A stretch of 64,000 bases of DNA from contig OY253684.1 in the NCBI GenBank assembly GCA_958009085.1, positions 310,001 to 374,000 on the forward strand, in the 5' to 3' direction. The position numbers were made by a program, and so were the translations under genes. Source of the stretch: Protoeuglena noctilucae. Taxonomy: Eukaryota. Positions 35,781-47,047 of this stretch are shown in pieces; positions within the stretch are counted from its first letter, which is position 1, and every line of letters begins with the position of its first letter. Below the pieces are notes generated by a model. That model was not told where the DNA came from and ran no database searches. It saw only the letters and a list, made by a program, of their open reading frames with translations.

Positions 35781-38189
35781 ATGGGTTATGTCGGTGAGCT
35801 GCCGGACAAGGGAGCATCCCCGCATGGGAATAGCTTGTGTGATGGGCAAGTGGTGTGTGGAACGCGCTGGGCAAGGCTCAGGAGTGCATTAACCCTTAGC
35901 TAAGCTGTCCGCGTGCACAGGCAACCTTTTCGCGTCGTCGGTCCAGCCGGTCGCGAGCGTCATCATCATGTCGGCGGTCGGAGCAGTGCTAGAGAGGCGA
36001 CAGCTTCTTGGATCGGCGGGCCGGAAGCAAGAAATGCCGCGTATAACGCCTGAAGCGCGGCGCCCACCAGCCCGTGCCGACCTGCTGAAGCCTGCCTCCT
36101 CGTCCCCTTGTTCCCAGGACACTCTCCATCCTTGTCTTCAACGTCTTCATCCCCTGCCTGACCTTCATCAAGCTTTTGCCGGCCATCGACGCCACCAATA
36201 TCGCCCACTGGTGGCCCCTCCTCCTCGCCAGCGTCCTCTCCGTGTCCATCGGCCTGTCGCTAGGCGGCGTCCTGTGCTGGATGCTCTCTCTTCCGCGTGA
36301 CCTCTACGGCATCGTCCTCGCCTGCACCGCGCTCGGCAACATGGGTGAGAGTCAACGCCCCGACACGGACTGCAGATGCCCCATTTGCCTCTTTGCCTTA
36401 TGTAACAACTCCTGACCCGCCGACCCAACTCACACCCTACATTTCAACACATCTTCCTCTCTCTCCATTCCCCCAGGCAACCTCCCGCTCGTCCTCGTCG
36501 CCACCCTGGCCGAGGACCCCCAGTCGCCCCTCTTTGGCTTGGGCGAGGTCGCCATCGCCTACGTCGCCTTCTCCCTCATCCCCACGAGTCTCTCCCATTT
36601 CACCCTGGGCTTCCAGCTCCTCAAGTCCTCCGCCGTCCAGGCTCTGCCCCTGGCCGCCACGCCCCGGCACGCAGGCATCACCCCGGCTCCCAACAGCGGC
36701 AGTAACTCCGACGCCGAGCAAGCCCCCGCGCCCCCGCACCACTCCTCCGTCGCGAGCGAGACGTGGTCCCCGCCGGCGTCCACCGCCTCGGCCACTGCGC
36801 TCGTGGCGGCGGAGGTGCCCAAGGCAGGGCCAGTGCCCCGCAACGGCATCGCGCCCAGCCCTCACGCCAACGGCGGGGTGAACGGGGCCGCCGCCGCGCC
36901 CCTGCGCGTCGAGGGCAGGGACGCTTACGGCCAGGAGGTGGTGCGACGCTCGGGGAGAGGGAGGGCGCTCATGCACTGGCTGGCGTCCTCGCTGCACCTC
37001 TCGCGGGACGACTCGGCGAGCAAGGGACCCAAGTAAGTGCATGTTACGGAGGCGTCATAGCGAATGCAGAGGGGCTGCTCTGCGTGGCGTGCCGGCGTGC
37101 TCGTTTGGCTACTGCGGCGGTGGCGCGGATGGGTATCGATGTGTTCTCCCTGCCTCACTTCCGCCTCGCAGGGGTGGCATGCGCGTCAAAGACGTCCTCA
37201 CTCCCCCGACCATCGCGTGCTTCTTGGCCGTCATCGTTGGCTTCATCGTGCCCGTGCAAAAGGCCATCGCCCTGCGGGTGAGAGCGCCGTGTCGATGGCA
37301 TGATGTGACATGTGTTCAGTGGTGATCTGCTGTTGCCATCATCCACAGCTCCATTCGATGCATGTTACCATCCCCCCCAGTCAACGCGCCCTGCCTTTTG
37401 CTCGTGACTCACCGCAGCGCCTCCGTTTCCCTCCCCGCAGCTCGACGAGGCCCCGGGCAGTCGCAAGCCAGTGTTGGACGTGATCGGGCAGACGCTGACT
37501 CAGCTAGGGGATGCCGCCATCCCATCCATGATGATCGTGCTGGGGGGGTCGCTGCAGAAGGGCCCGCCCACGCACACGCGCCTCCCCTCCCGTGCCGGCA
37601 TCGGCATCATCATCGTCAAGCTGCTGGTGAGCCTCCCAGCGCGGTGGCAGTGTGGGCGACAAACAGGTATGATCTATGCCATGTGATGATAGTATCAGTG
37701 ACTGTGAGTGCTGGCCACCACCGCCCATCGTCAACCACGCTCCTCTCCGCCTGCTGTTCCGCAGTTGGTGCCGGCCGTGGGAACGAGCGTGTGGTACGGG
37801 TTGTTGAAAGCCCGGGCGTTCGCCGTGCCCGACCCGGCCTTCATGTTCGTCTGCCTGGCCATGCTGGCCGTCCCCACGGCCGTCAACATGCAGACCATCG
37901 CCAACATCTTCGGGTAAGTGCTGGTCTGCTTCTCTTCAAGTGCTTCGTTCCACAATTGGTGACAGAATGGCAGATGTGCGTTGTGTCTGAAACGAACCCC
38001 TCACTATGGTTAACAACCCTCTGCTCAGTCCGCTCATGCAAGCATCGACGCTCGCGCGCTCGCAGGAGCGGGGTGGAGGAGTTGGCTGCGACCATGTTCT
38101 GGCAGTATCTGGTGAGCATCCTGACCATCCCCCCGTGGATGGCCCTCTTCCTCGTCATATCGGACCGGGCCGCCAAGGGGACCTTGTAG
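35781..38189 (+). CDS. PILS/auxin-efflux-carrier-like membrane transporter (Mem_trans family), multi-exon
   Basis: LSILVFNVFIPCLTFIKL, HWWPL, ALGNMG|NLPLVLV, TPPTIA, LGDAAIPSMMIVLGGSL, DPAFMFV..AVPTAVN and MFWQYLVSILTIPPW. Confidence 0.88.
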
Positions 38190-38206
38190 CACGATGCGCG
38201 GCGACG

Positions 38207-38255
38207 GAGCACGTTCCGTTCCCAGAGCACGTTTTCTTTCGAGAGCACGTTCCGT
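38207..38255. repeat. Three GAGCACGTT units at an 18-bp period just after the PILS stop codon
   Basis: Units start at 38207, 38225 and 38243. Confidence 0.7.
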
Positions 38256-38723
38256 CGTCGGACGCGTGTATGCGTCCGCAGCTGCAGCACATGCGACCCT
38301 TCCCATGCCGGGCCACTCGCCAACCCTGCACCCTCACCGCTCTCACCGCTCCTTTTTACCCCGAACCTGCCGCGACAAGAGTCCGTGTTGCCAGCACGTC
38401 ACTAGGGTATCGTAACAATATTCGTGGTACATCCGTGTTTGCGGCAGATCGCCTGCCTTTTTGCGTTCCCCTTCGATTACCCTTCCCCTCACGGACCCGC
38501 TCCCTACCACGCTCGTCATTCTCGTGATCCGGTTTGTGAAAGGAAGTTGCTTGCTCCATTCGCCAGCTGTCATCGCTCATCTATGACAGCTGGCACATTG
38601 ACTCCAACGCTAGACGTTCAATGTGAGCACGTCGGTGTTACCAAGCAGGGCAAGGGTAGGCTGCAATGGATGGGCCACGCCACTACAGCTCTCGCGACAG
38701 CTATCGCCCCAGCCCACTTCTCA

Positions 38724-41700
38724 CTACTCGTCGCACCCCGCGAAGAGATTGTGCTTGGTCAGCACCACCACTGCCTCGTCCCCGTTCCTGTGCCGCCACC
38801 TGCGACGCAGACCACAGCAAGCAAGTTTGTCACGAACCATGCCTCTCGGGAAAGACTGCCCACCATTATTTATCCATCCACCCCACCCTCAATCGTCATC
38901 ACCTGTCATGCACAAGGTGCGCGTCCACCACAATAATCACTACCCTTCATGCCCCCCCCTCCACAATAACCCCACCCTCACCTGTCGTGCACAAAGTGCG
39001 CGTCCACCACGTCCTCCTCGCTCCTCTCCAGAACGTACGAGTTCATCCCCGCCACCTTGAACCCCGCCCGCCCGCGGCTCTCCGCCCGCTCCTCCGCCTT
39101 CAACAGCTTCTGCATGCTCCACATGACCGTGAAGAGCCCCACGCGCGCCACGATCCACCGCTCCTTGTTGCCCGACTCGGTGACCCACGTGAACCGGGCG
39201 CCCGTGAAGCGAGACATGGGGCCCACCTGAGGGTCAGGGGTGGGGAGAGGTGGGCAAGAAGTAAGGCAAGGTTATCAGTCACATGTGGGAATGCAAGAGA
39301 CGGGACCGTCACCCTTTGCACCCCATCACACCCATCACATCCTCACCGTGGTCATGTCATCTGCCACAAACCCTTGTCTTTATATCAGCCTCATTCCCAT
39401 CACTCCCATTCCCTCACCGTGGCCATGTCCTCCGGCCTGAGCTGCAGCAGCCTGGGCTGGCACGCGGTGCTGCCGCTCATGGACTTGAAGAACCCGCTGG
39501 TGGCGTTGCCCTTGGCGTCCTTGAAGGTCGTCTTGACCAGCATCAGGTACTGGTCGGTCGTGGCCAGCACCCACTTGCCGTCAAAGGTGACGTCCACGTG
39601 CGTGATCGGGGAGCTGGGAGGAAAGGAAGAGGGAAGGGGTGGTAAAAAAATTGATGGGGAACGTGGGGCAAGGGACCAGGGGTGCGTAGGGGCCAAGAAG
39701 CCATGGTTGGTCACAAAAGGGCGCACCACATCTGCACCCGCATCTCAGTCACAGCCACCCCTGGTCCAGCGTCACACCCCCAACCCCCCCTCCCCACCCA
39801 CACCCGCTCACCCGAACGAGGGCAGGTTGGTGGAGGCGCGTGAGAGCGAGTCCTTGCTCCTGTACAGCCGCAGCCGGCCGTCGCGCGACCCCGTCACGAT
39901 CTCCCCGTTCCCCGCCGTGGCGATGCACGTGAAGTTGGTGCCGCGGGAGTAGTCCCTCCCGCCCTCGTAGGTCAGGTCGGCCACCACGCCCGACGCGGCT
40001 CTGGGCGCAAACAGGGGGGGGGGGGGAATTGTATGTGTTCATGTCCAAACGGGCGTGAGCGGGTTGACTGGTCATCCCACCTCTGTTGTTCACCCACACA
40101 CCCCCACCCACCCTCACCTGGTGTCGAAGCGGCAGATGCGGTTCGTGTCGATGGCCAGGAAGGTGGGCGTGCCCTGCAGCCCCGCAGCCTTGTCGTCGTG
40201 CACGATGTCCATGACGGGGATCTCGACGTCGTCCTTCTTGAATGCGAACTCACGGACCACCTGCTCACGCTCCAAGTCCATGTGGAAGAGCTGACGCATG
40301 GCCGAGGCGGGAGGGGTCATCTGGGAGGCGCCGCCGGGGGCGGGGGAGAGCAGGAGCATCTGGGGGGTGCAGGAGAGAGAGGGTGTGTCGGTGAGAGAGT
40401 ATGGGAGAGGGGGGGCGTCTGGGGGGTGCGGGAGAGGGAGGGGTGTGGGTGAGAGTAGTAGAGGGAGATGCGGGGGTAGAGAGAGCATCGGGGTAAAAGT
40501 TTGGGCCTCACCTCAGCGGGTGAGGTGTAGCGCCCGCAGCCCTTGTCACTGCCCTCCCACCCCATCACGCTGACCGTCGCCCATACCCCTCATGTCTCAT
40601 GCATACATGCAAGCCCAATCATGCATACATCCCACACACACCCCTCACCTTCGACTCCTGATCCGTGAGCAGCGACTTGGCGGGCGTGAAGGCGGCCCCG
40701 CGTGCCGGGGTCACGTTGATCGACACGTTGGCGTCGAGCATGCCACCCGGGGCGTTGCGGAAGACGTCGACGTGGCTGCCCCGCACGGCGAAGCTGTTGC
40801 TGCCAGCGCCCACGTTCATGAATGAAAACTCCTCGTCGTCGCGGCGCGCGCGGGTGGACTGCGACGCCTCGACATCTGGGATTGACGGGGAGAGAGAGAG
40901 AGAGAGATGAGGGTCAGCAGCCATGGTAGCAAGGGTCCGGTCGGGTCGGTGCGCAACACAACAAAACGGCCGACCACCACCACGCCTCCCAGCCAATGCA
41001 ACAACACCACTGTATTCCCACCCCGCACATCGTCCTCCCCACCCCTTCTCACCCCCAGCATCTGCCTCCCCTTCCCCATCCACGCTCATGAACTCCTCCT
41101 CGTCGTCCTTCCCCTCAATCCACGCCTCGTAGTTCTTGAATACCTCGCGCACCGCGTCCTGGCTGTACTCCGTCTGGTGGCGGTTCTCGAACAGAGCACT
41201 GCGGGAGGGGAAAGGAGGAGCGGGGCGGTAGGTGATGGGACATGGAGCATGGAGCACGGTGCGGGGGCAGCGGAGCGCAGTCGGCCGCACCGGTCGAACT
41301 GGTCGGCGAAGTTGTCGTATTCCTCGCGAGACTTGAGCTTGAAGGAGTAGATGCCCTGCGTCTCCGTCCGGAAAGTCAAACGGAGGCCCGGCGTGTCCCA
41401 GTGCGGGGCCAGGCTGTCGTCCACCGCCTCCTCCACCTCCCCTGCGAACGCGGTGGGCGCGCGGAGCAAGTCATTGAGCTCTCTCACCGACACACGCAAA
41501 CAGCCGCCGGCCAAGGCGTCGCGCGGCCCACTCGCCCCCGATGGAGAGGATCCACTTAAACGAGCGGCTGTCCTCCGCGTCGTCGTAGGTCTCCCAAGTC
41601 ACGCCCTCCTTGACGATATCCCAGTCCTTCTTGACGAAGCGGTACAGGATGTTCTGCGGACAAGGTCCCAGGGCGGCGTGGGGCGCGGCGAGGCCGCCCC

Positions 41701-42061
41701 GCTCACAACGCACCGCCACGCGACGCGCCAGGGAAACGGGGGGTCAGCGGAACGACTTCCCGGTAACGTTAGCAATGTCACCAAGTCCCTGACTGTTCGA
41801 CTAGCCCAGATATGCGCCGAGGACGGCCAGCTGCCCCGGCGGAGCACAATAGGACACACCGCGCTCCGCAGGGCCCAAGACAAGAACGACGCGAGCAGGG
41901 CATCGAGTTGGTCATGGCTTGATCCCATACACCAACGCAGGGGGCCTGAGCGGCACGCGGCCGTGCATGCAACTACCGCGCACCTCATCGTCCGCTCCCT
42001 TGCTCGGGGACGCCCCGCCGAGCCCCAAGCCCTTCAGGGCGCCGGCCAGGAACGACGCCAT
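38724..42061 (-). CDS. VID27/CYPRO4-like WD40 protein, about 11 exons
   Basis: ALFEN, NSFAVRGSHVDVF, FHMDLEREQVVREFAF, TFLAIDTNRICRFDTR, GTNFTCIATAGNGEIVTGSRDGRLRLY, PITHVDVTFDGKWVLATTDQYL and ARFTWVTESGNKERWIVA. Confidence 0.88.
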
Positions 42062-42442
42062 GGCCCTAGGAGTTGCTCGACTCGCCAGCCCCGGGACTGG
42101 AGCGTCGAAGAATGCAGCCAGCTGAGCGAAGAGAAGTGCGATAGGCGCGAGCGAAACAAGCAGATGATCTTTGAGGGATATGTCGGTTCCATGCCCCCGA
42201 AGCTCCTCACAAGCACCGGCTCTGCCCGAAGCTGACGTCAGGGTGAAGATTCCAGCAATGAGCCGGAGCAGGCCCGCGAGCTCTCCCAGAGGAGCTTTGT
42301 GTTATGCTTTGGACGCTGGACGCGCAAGCGTGACGGTATTTGCACCCAACAGCGCGGAACCGCGAACATGGCATCGCCGGAGCGTCCGTCGGATGTGCGC
42401 CTCGCCTGAGCATCTGACGCGTTGAAGCAGCGCGCCTTGCTG

Positions 42443-45400
42443 ATGTGTCTGCCAGCACCCTGGGGCGCAAGGCCCCGCCTTGCGCCTCGGTTTCTTGGGG
42501 TTGTGAGTCACCACGCCCTGCCCAGCAGTAGTCATGTTCTTAATGGGCCGCAGGAGGGTCTTTGTTGACAGCTCACGAGGCTAACCGCAAGACCTGCTCG
42601 CTCCGCTTCCCCCCTCAGGCGGCCTTACTGGCCAGTGCGGGGGTCGCGCAGGGCGCACAGGGAAATGGGGTCGTGTGGGAGCCAATCAACATGGAATACC
42701 GCACCATCATCGGACTCGTCATCACGTTCGTCATTGCTTCCATGTCCAACGCAGCTGGTGACCGCTCGCGCCCTGGATGCGCTGCAAAGCTCGCAGACTT
42801 TTGGGGCAGTGTCCGCGCGCGCGGACAGGGTATCACCGCGTGTCGCAGCGCTGGTTCCATGATATTTGTGTCATCTGTTTCCTCGCAAACCCGCGAAGAC
42901 CCGGACAGCGTGGCAGCGCGCGCACGAGCCTTGGCGTCGGCATGCCCCTCCGTCACTCGACTCCGCGCCCTCCCTCTCGCACAGGCATCGGTGGAGGCGC
43001 TATCTTTGTGCCTCTCTTCAACCTGGTCGTCGGGTTTACCCTCAAGGAGTCCACCGCCGTCTCCCAGACCCTCGTGACGAGCGGGGCACTGGCGAGCGTC
43101 CTCCTCAACGCCTTCAAGCGCCGCCCATACAACCCGGACCTGCCCCTCATCGACGTGCAACTCGCCCTCACCATCGTGCCTGTCCTCCTCTCCAGTGAGC
43201 GCAAGGCTGTTGACGTCGTTGCCAGCGATGCTGCTATCACCCCTTGCTCATGCCCGCTCGCCGCTCCCTGTACCCCGCTGTCGCCCATCCAACGCCGCCA
43301 GATCATCCTCTCTTATGTCCGCTCATCCCTGGAATCTGTCGCAGGTCTCACCCTGGGCGTCCTGCTGAACGTGATGCTCCCTGCGTGGGCCGTCGCGATC
43401 TTGCTGGTGTTGACCCTCCTGTACTTCAGCCACCGCACCGTCACCAAGGGCGTCGCCATGTGGAAAGCGGAGACGGTCGCGCGGCGCGCCCGGCGAGGCC
43501 TCTCCGCCGCGAGCGCGCACAGGGCTGCTACGGAGGACCGGGTGGGCGGCGTAGCTTCTGGTGGGAGCCCTGGCCGTCACGATGGTCACGATGGGAGGGA
43601 TGCCGAGGGCCCACAGTGCAGGTCCTGTGGTGTGGGGTTCGACGGCGGGAGCGGCACGACCACGGCGTTACTGCTGACGCCCCGTGGCGGCACTGCCCCG
43701 TCCCACGCACCTCCTTTCCAAGGCAGGGGTCTGGGGGGGCAGGGGCAGCAGGAGGGCCGGCAGGCCGACACGGGCCGTCCTGCACCCGAGGGCAGCTCCA
43801 GCAGTCGGCAGCTGCTGGGTGGCGATCGCGGGCAGATGGGCGCGGAGGGGGTGGCACCCAGTGAAGGCCACGACCTGACTCGGGACCCGGCGGGTGCCAG
43901 TGAGGGTGACGGGGTGGGTGCACATGCGAGCGCAGTGAGTCCGTACGACCACGAGTCGTTATTAGCGGCGGCGGCTAATGGAGGCGATGCGGAGGCAGGG
44001 GCGGGGGCGGGTTTCAGGGCGGGGACGCGTCAGTCTGTGCCAGATCGGGACATGCGCCGTGGATCGGGCGACAATGTGGGGACCAGCAAGCGGCCGCTGC
44101 TGAGGCGGGAGCTGTGGGTGTGCTGTGCAGCCTGCGGGTGGGCAGGGGAGCATGGCGGGGCGTTTGAGGGGGCGGCGGGGGATGGGCGAGACTCTGGGGC
44201 TGCTAGCGACAAGTGAGGATCGCTGCGGGGGCAATGGAGATTGCGTCTCTTGCGCTCGTTTGCTGTGAAGACTTGACTTAGCCTGTGCTGTCGACCCTGC
44301 AGGCACTCGCGGATGTTGGCGCGACTGAGGCGCCTCCCTCCCTTGCCCCTCCTGTGGATGGTGGGGCTGTGGTGCATCTACCTCGCCCTCTCCACCGTCA
44401 AAGCCCTGTCGGCCAAGGCAAGTCGCAGTTTGAGCACATGGCCGTGTGTTTGCACATCGATCGTGGCTCGCTTGGGATGTTGAGGGTCCCTCACGTTGGG
44501 CCTGTGGTTGCGTCCCTTACCGCAGTGCAGCCCCACGTTCTGGGCGATGGTGGCCGTACAGGCTGTGGCGGGGACAGCCCTATCGGTGCTCTTTGCGGCC
44601 AGGGCACTGGCGCAGCGCAAGCCCAGGTGCGAGTCACTGCAACCCATCATCAGCTACGCGATGCGGGGACCCTTGATAGCACCCACGACGTATACATGCA
44701 GAGGGAGATCTTGGTGTCCGTTGCTCAGCGTAGGATGAGTAGCCAGGCTGGCCCTTGCACGCAGTGGGGTGGACGAGGAGCGCGGCTGCAGCTGCATTGG
44801 CGCAGGGCCGGGATCCAGCATGTCCCTGTCTGGCAGTGACCTGACGCGGCTGCTGGTGGCCACGGGGGTGTTTGGGGTCGTGGCGGGGATCGTGGGCATG
44901 GGTGGGGGCATGGTCATCAGCCCCGTCATGATCTCCATGGGCGTCTTGCCCCAGGTGGGATTGGCATTGGATGGGACAGGTACTAAGCACGACATCGGCA
45001 GCGATACGTGTGTTGACACCCGTGTCTCGGCAGCACCGTGTCTCTTGGCTCCACGTCACTGACGCGTTCGCCTTCCGACCACCGTCTCGCGCACATGTTC
45101 GGGTCCGCGCAGATCACGGCAGCCACCTCCGCCCTGGTCGTCCTCTTCTCTTCCTCCTCCGCCGTCGTCCAGTTCTTCCTCCTCGGCCGCATCCCCGTCT
45201 ACTACGCCCTGGCGTTTGGCGGCGTGTGCATCTGCGCCAGCCTCATGGGCGTCGTGGTCGTGGGGCGGCTCGTCAAGCGCTCCGGGCGGCCCAGCATCAT
45301 CGCGCTCATCCTCGCGGGGCTGATCGTGACGTGCACAGGCGAGCGAGTAGCTGGCGTGACGGGAGGGCGTGCCAGGGAGCGGCTGCAGAGCGCTCGCATG

Positions 45401-45551
45401 GGGCATGCAGGGACGTGCGCCCGGCTTGCCGGAGGCTCTCACAGCAGACCCCGTGCGTTCTCTCGCAGCCGTGTTCATCGTGCTCGGGGCCATGAACATC
45501 GCCGCGGACTTCAAGAGCGGAGACATTGGCCTCCACAGCGTTTGCGTGTGA
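42443..45551 (+). CDS. Sulfite exporter TauE/SafE family membrane protein, multi-exon
   Basis: ASMSNAA|GIGGGAIFVP, STAVSQ, PLIDVQLAL, LGVLLNVMLPAW, GVVAGIVGMGGGMVISP..MGVLPQ|ITAATS..VLFSSS and SGRPSII. Confidence 0.9.
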
Positions 45552-47047
45552 CCCAGGCTGCGTGACCCATGCTGGCGCCATAGTGCAGCAAGTTTGGGCG
45601 GCTGATAAGCGCATATCTGCCGCGCGTGCCAATCCTTGATCTTAGAGACTCTCGTGCTGTTCAAATGCTAGATCAAGGGATCCGTCAAGGACGCTCGAAG
45701 CTACGCTAGCCACCGGCCCCGCACCCTGCGCCCCGCTCGGGCCCCATCTCAAACGGCAGCGGAGGGGCTCGAACCCTCATGGCCAGGTCAGTAGCCACTG
45801 GTGTTTAAAACCAGCCCCTTCTCCAATTCGGGCACACTGCCAAAAGGAGGCCGAGCGAGGCGTCGGAGGGCGGGACCGGGGCAGGCTCCAGGCCCCAGCT
45901 TGGGACTCACAACCGGCCTCGTGGTCGTGGTGGCGCTCCCGCAGCGATGGGTGTCCTTGCGAGGCTCCCCTAACGGCTGGCGAGAAGCCTGAGCCCGAGA
46001 CGGCCCCAGATCTCGAGGCTGGCGAAGCGGCCCTGCGAGCGCCTTGAAGCGCGATCGTGTGAGAAAAGACGGCAGACAGAGGCCAGTAGAAGCGGCGGAG
46101 CGAGGGATCGGGCGCGGAATCGGCGGGGGTTGGTGGCCTCGGTTCCCAGCGCCGCAAGCCGACACCAGGCGGTTTCTGGGCACATCACGGCTGCGATGGG
46201 TCTTGTTTACTTGTTCTTACTGCTTGTGGAGCGAGGCGAGTACCGGATCTCGACGTGGCTCAGAAGCTGGGATCTGCGCCCCCAAACACGTCCGCGATGC
46301 GTCTTGTCGGCCCGCTGCGAGGCGTGACATGGCAAATTGTCGCGGCCGGAGGGGCGGATGCGGTATTTGAGGCCGGATCCCCGTCGGACCACCAGAACCC
46401 AGTGCCACTTGTACCGCTGCCAGCAGGGCCGTCTGCCTGGAGAACTGTTCCATTCAACGGCTGTCAAAGCCTTCATATACCGCCAAGGAGCACGAGCGTC
46501 GGCCCCTACTAGCAACCAGGTCCGGTGCAGTCGCCTGCGCAGCGCAGGCAGGCAGTCCGCCGGTCAGGGCAGGAGTAGGAAGGGAACGAGGCGGGCAGCA
46601 AATGCAGCTCCTGAGTCCGACCTAGGGACAAGAAGGCATGCTGAAACGATGGCAACGCGACGAGCCCTGGACACCATGCACGTGGGCCGATCTAGGCAAA
46701 GCATGAAACGGGCCGATGTGGGCGGACGAGTCTAGTCCTAGGCATAGGGAAAGGCGAGCCCTGCGCGTGGTGGACCGTGCTAGCAGCGATCGCGGAGCAG
46801 TCGGCTACGGTTGGGGCTATGGAAGGAAATGCTTCCGTCGCCTAAGCTTGGTATGACCATGATACGTGATCATGACAGGGGCCGCCCCGTGAGCACGGCC
46901 CTGGCTGCCCTGGGCGCCTGCGACCCTCCTCCGCGCGACAGCTGCGCGACGCCCGTGGCGCTGCCTGCGTCAGGCGCCAAGCCACGTGCCGCGCACGGCC
47001 CAAGATGACTCCTTGCATACACGGCACGCCCAGCCATCCCGCCCGGC

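Noticed and set aside
4218..38189. Auxin-related cluster (RUS-like plus PILS-like genes)
   Set aside because: The genes are about 28 kb apart and separated by unrelated housekeeping genes, and the RUS call itself is weak.
45560..47040. Possible small spliced ORF (ATG 45779, MASDGCPCEAP...) and other short ORFs
   Set aside because: The product is only 36 aa with no motif, and the region can be explained as convergent 3' UTRs.
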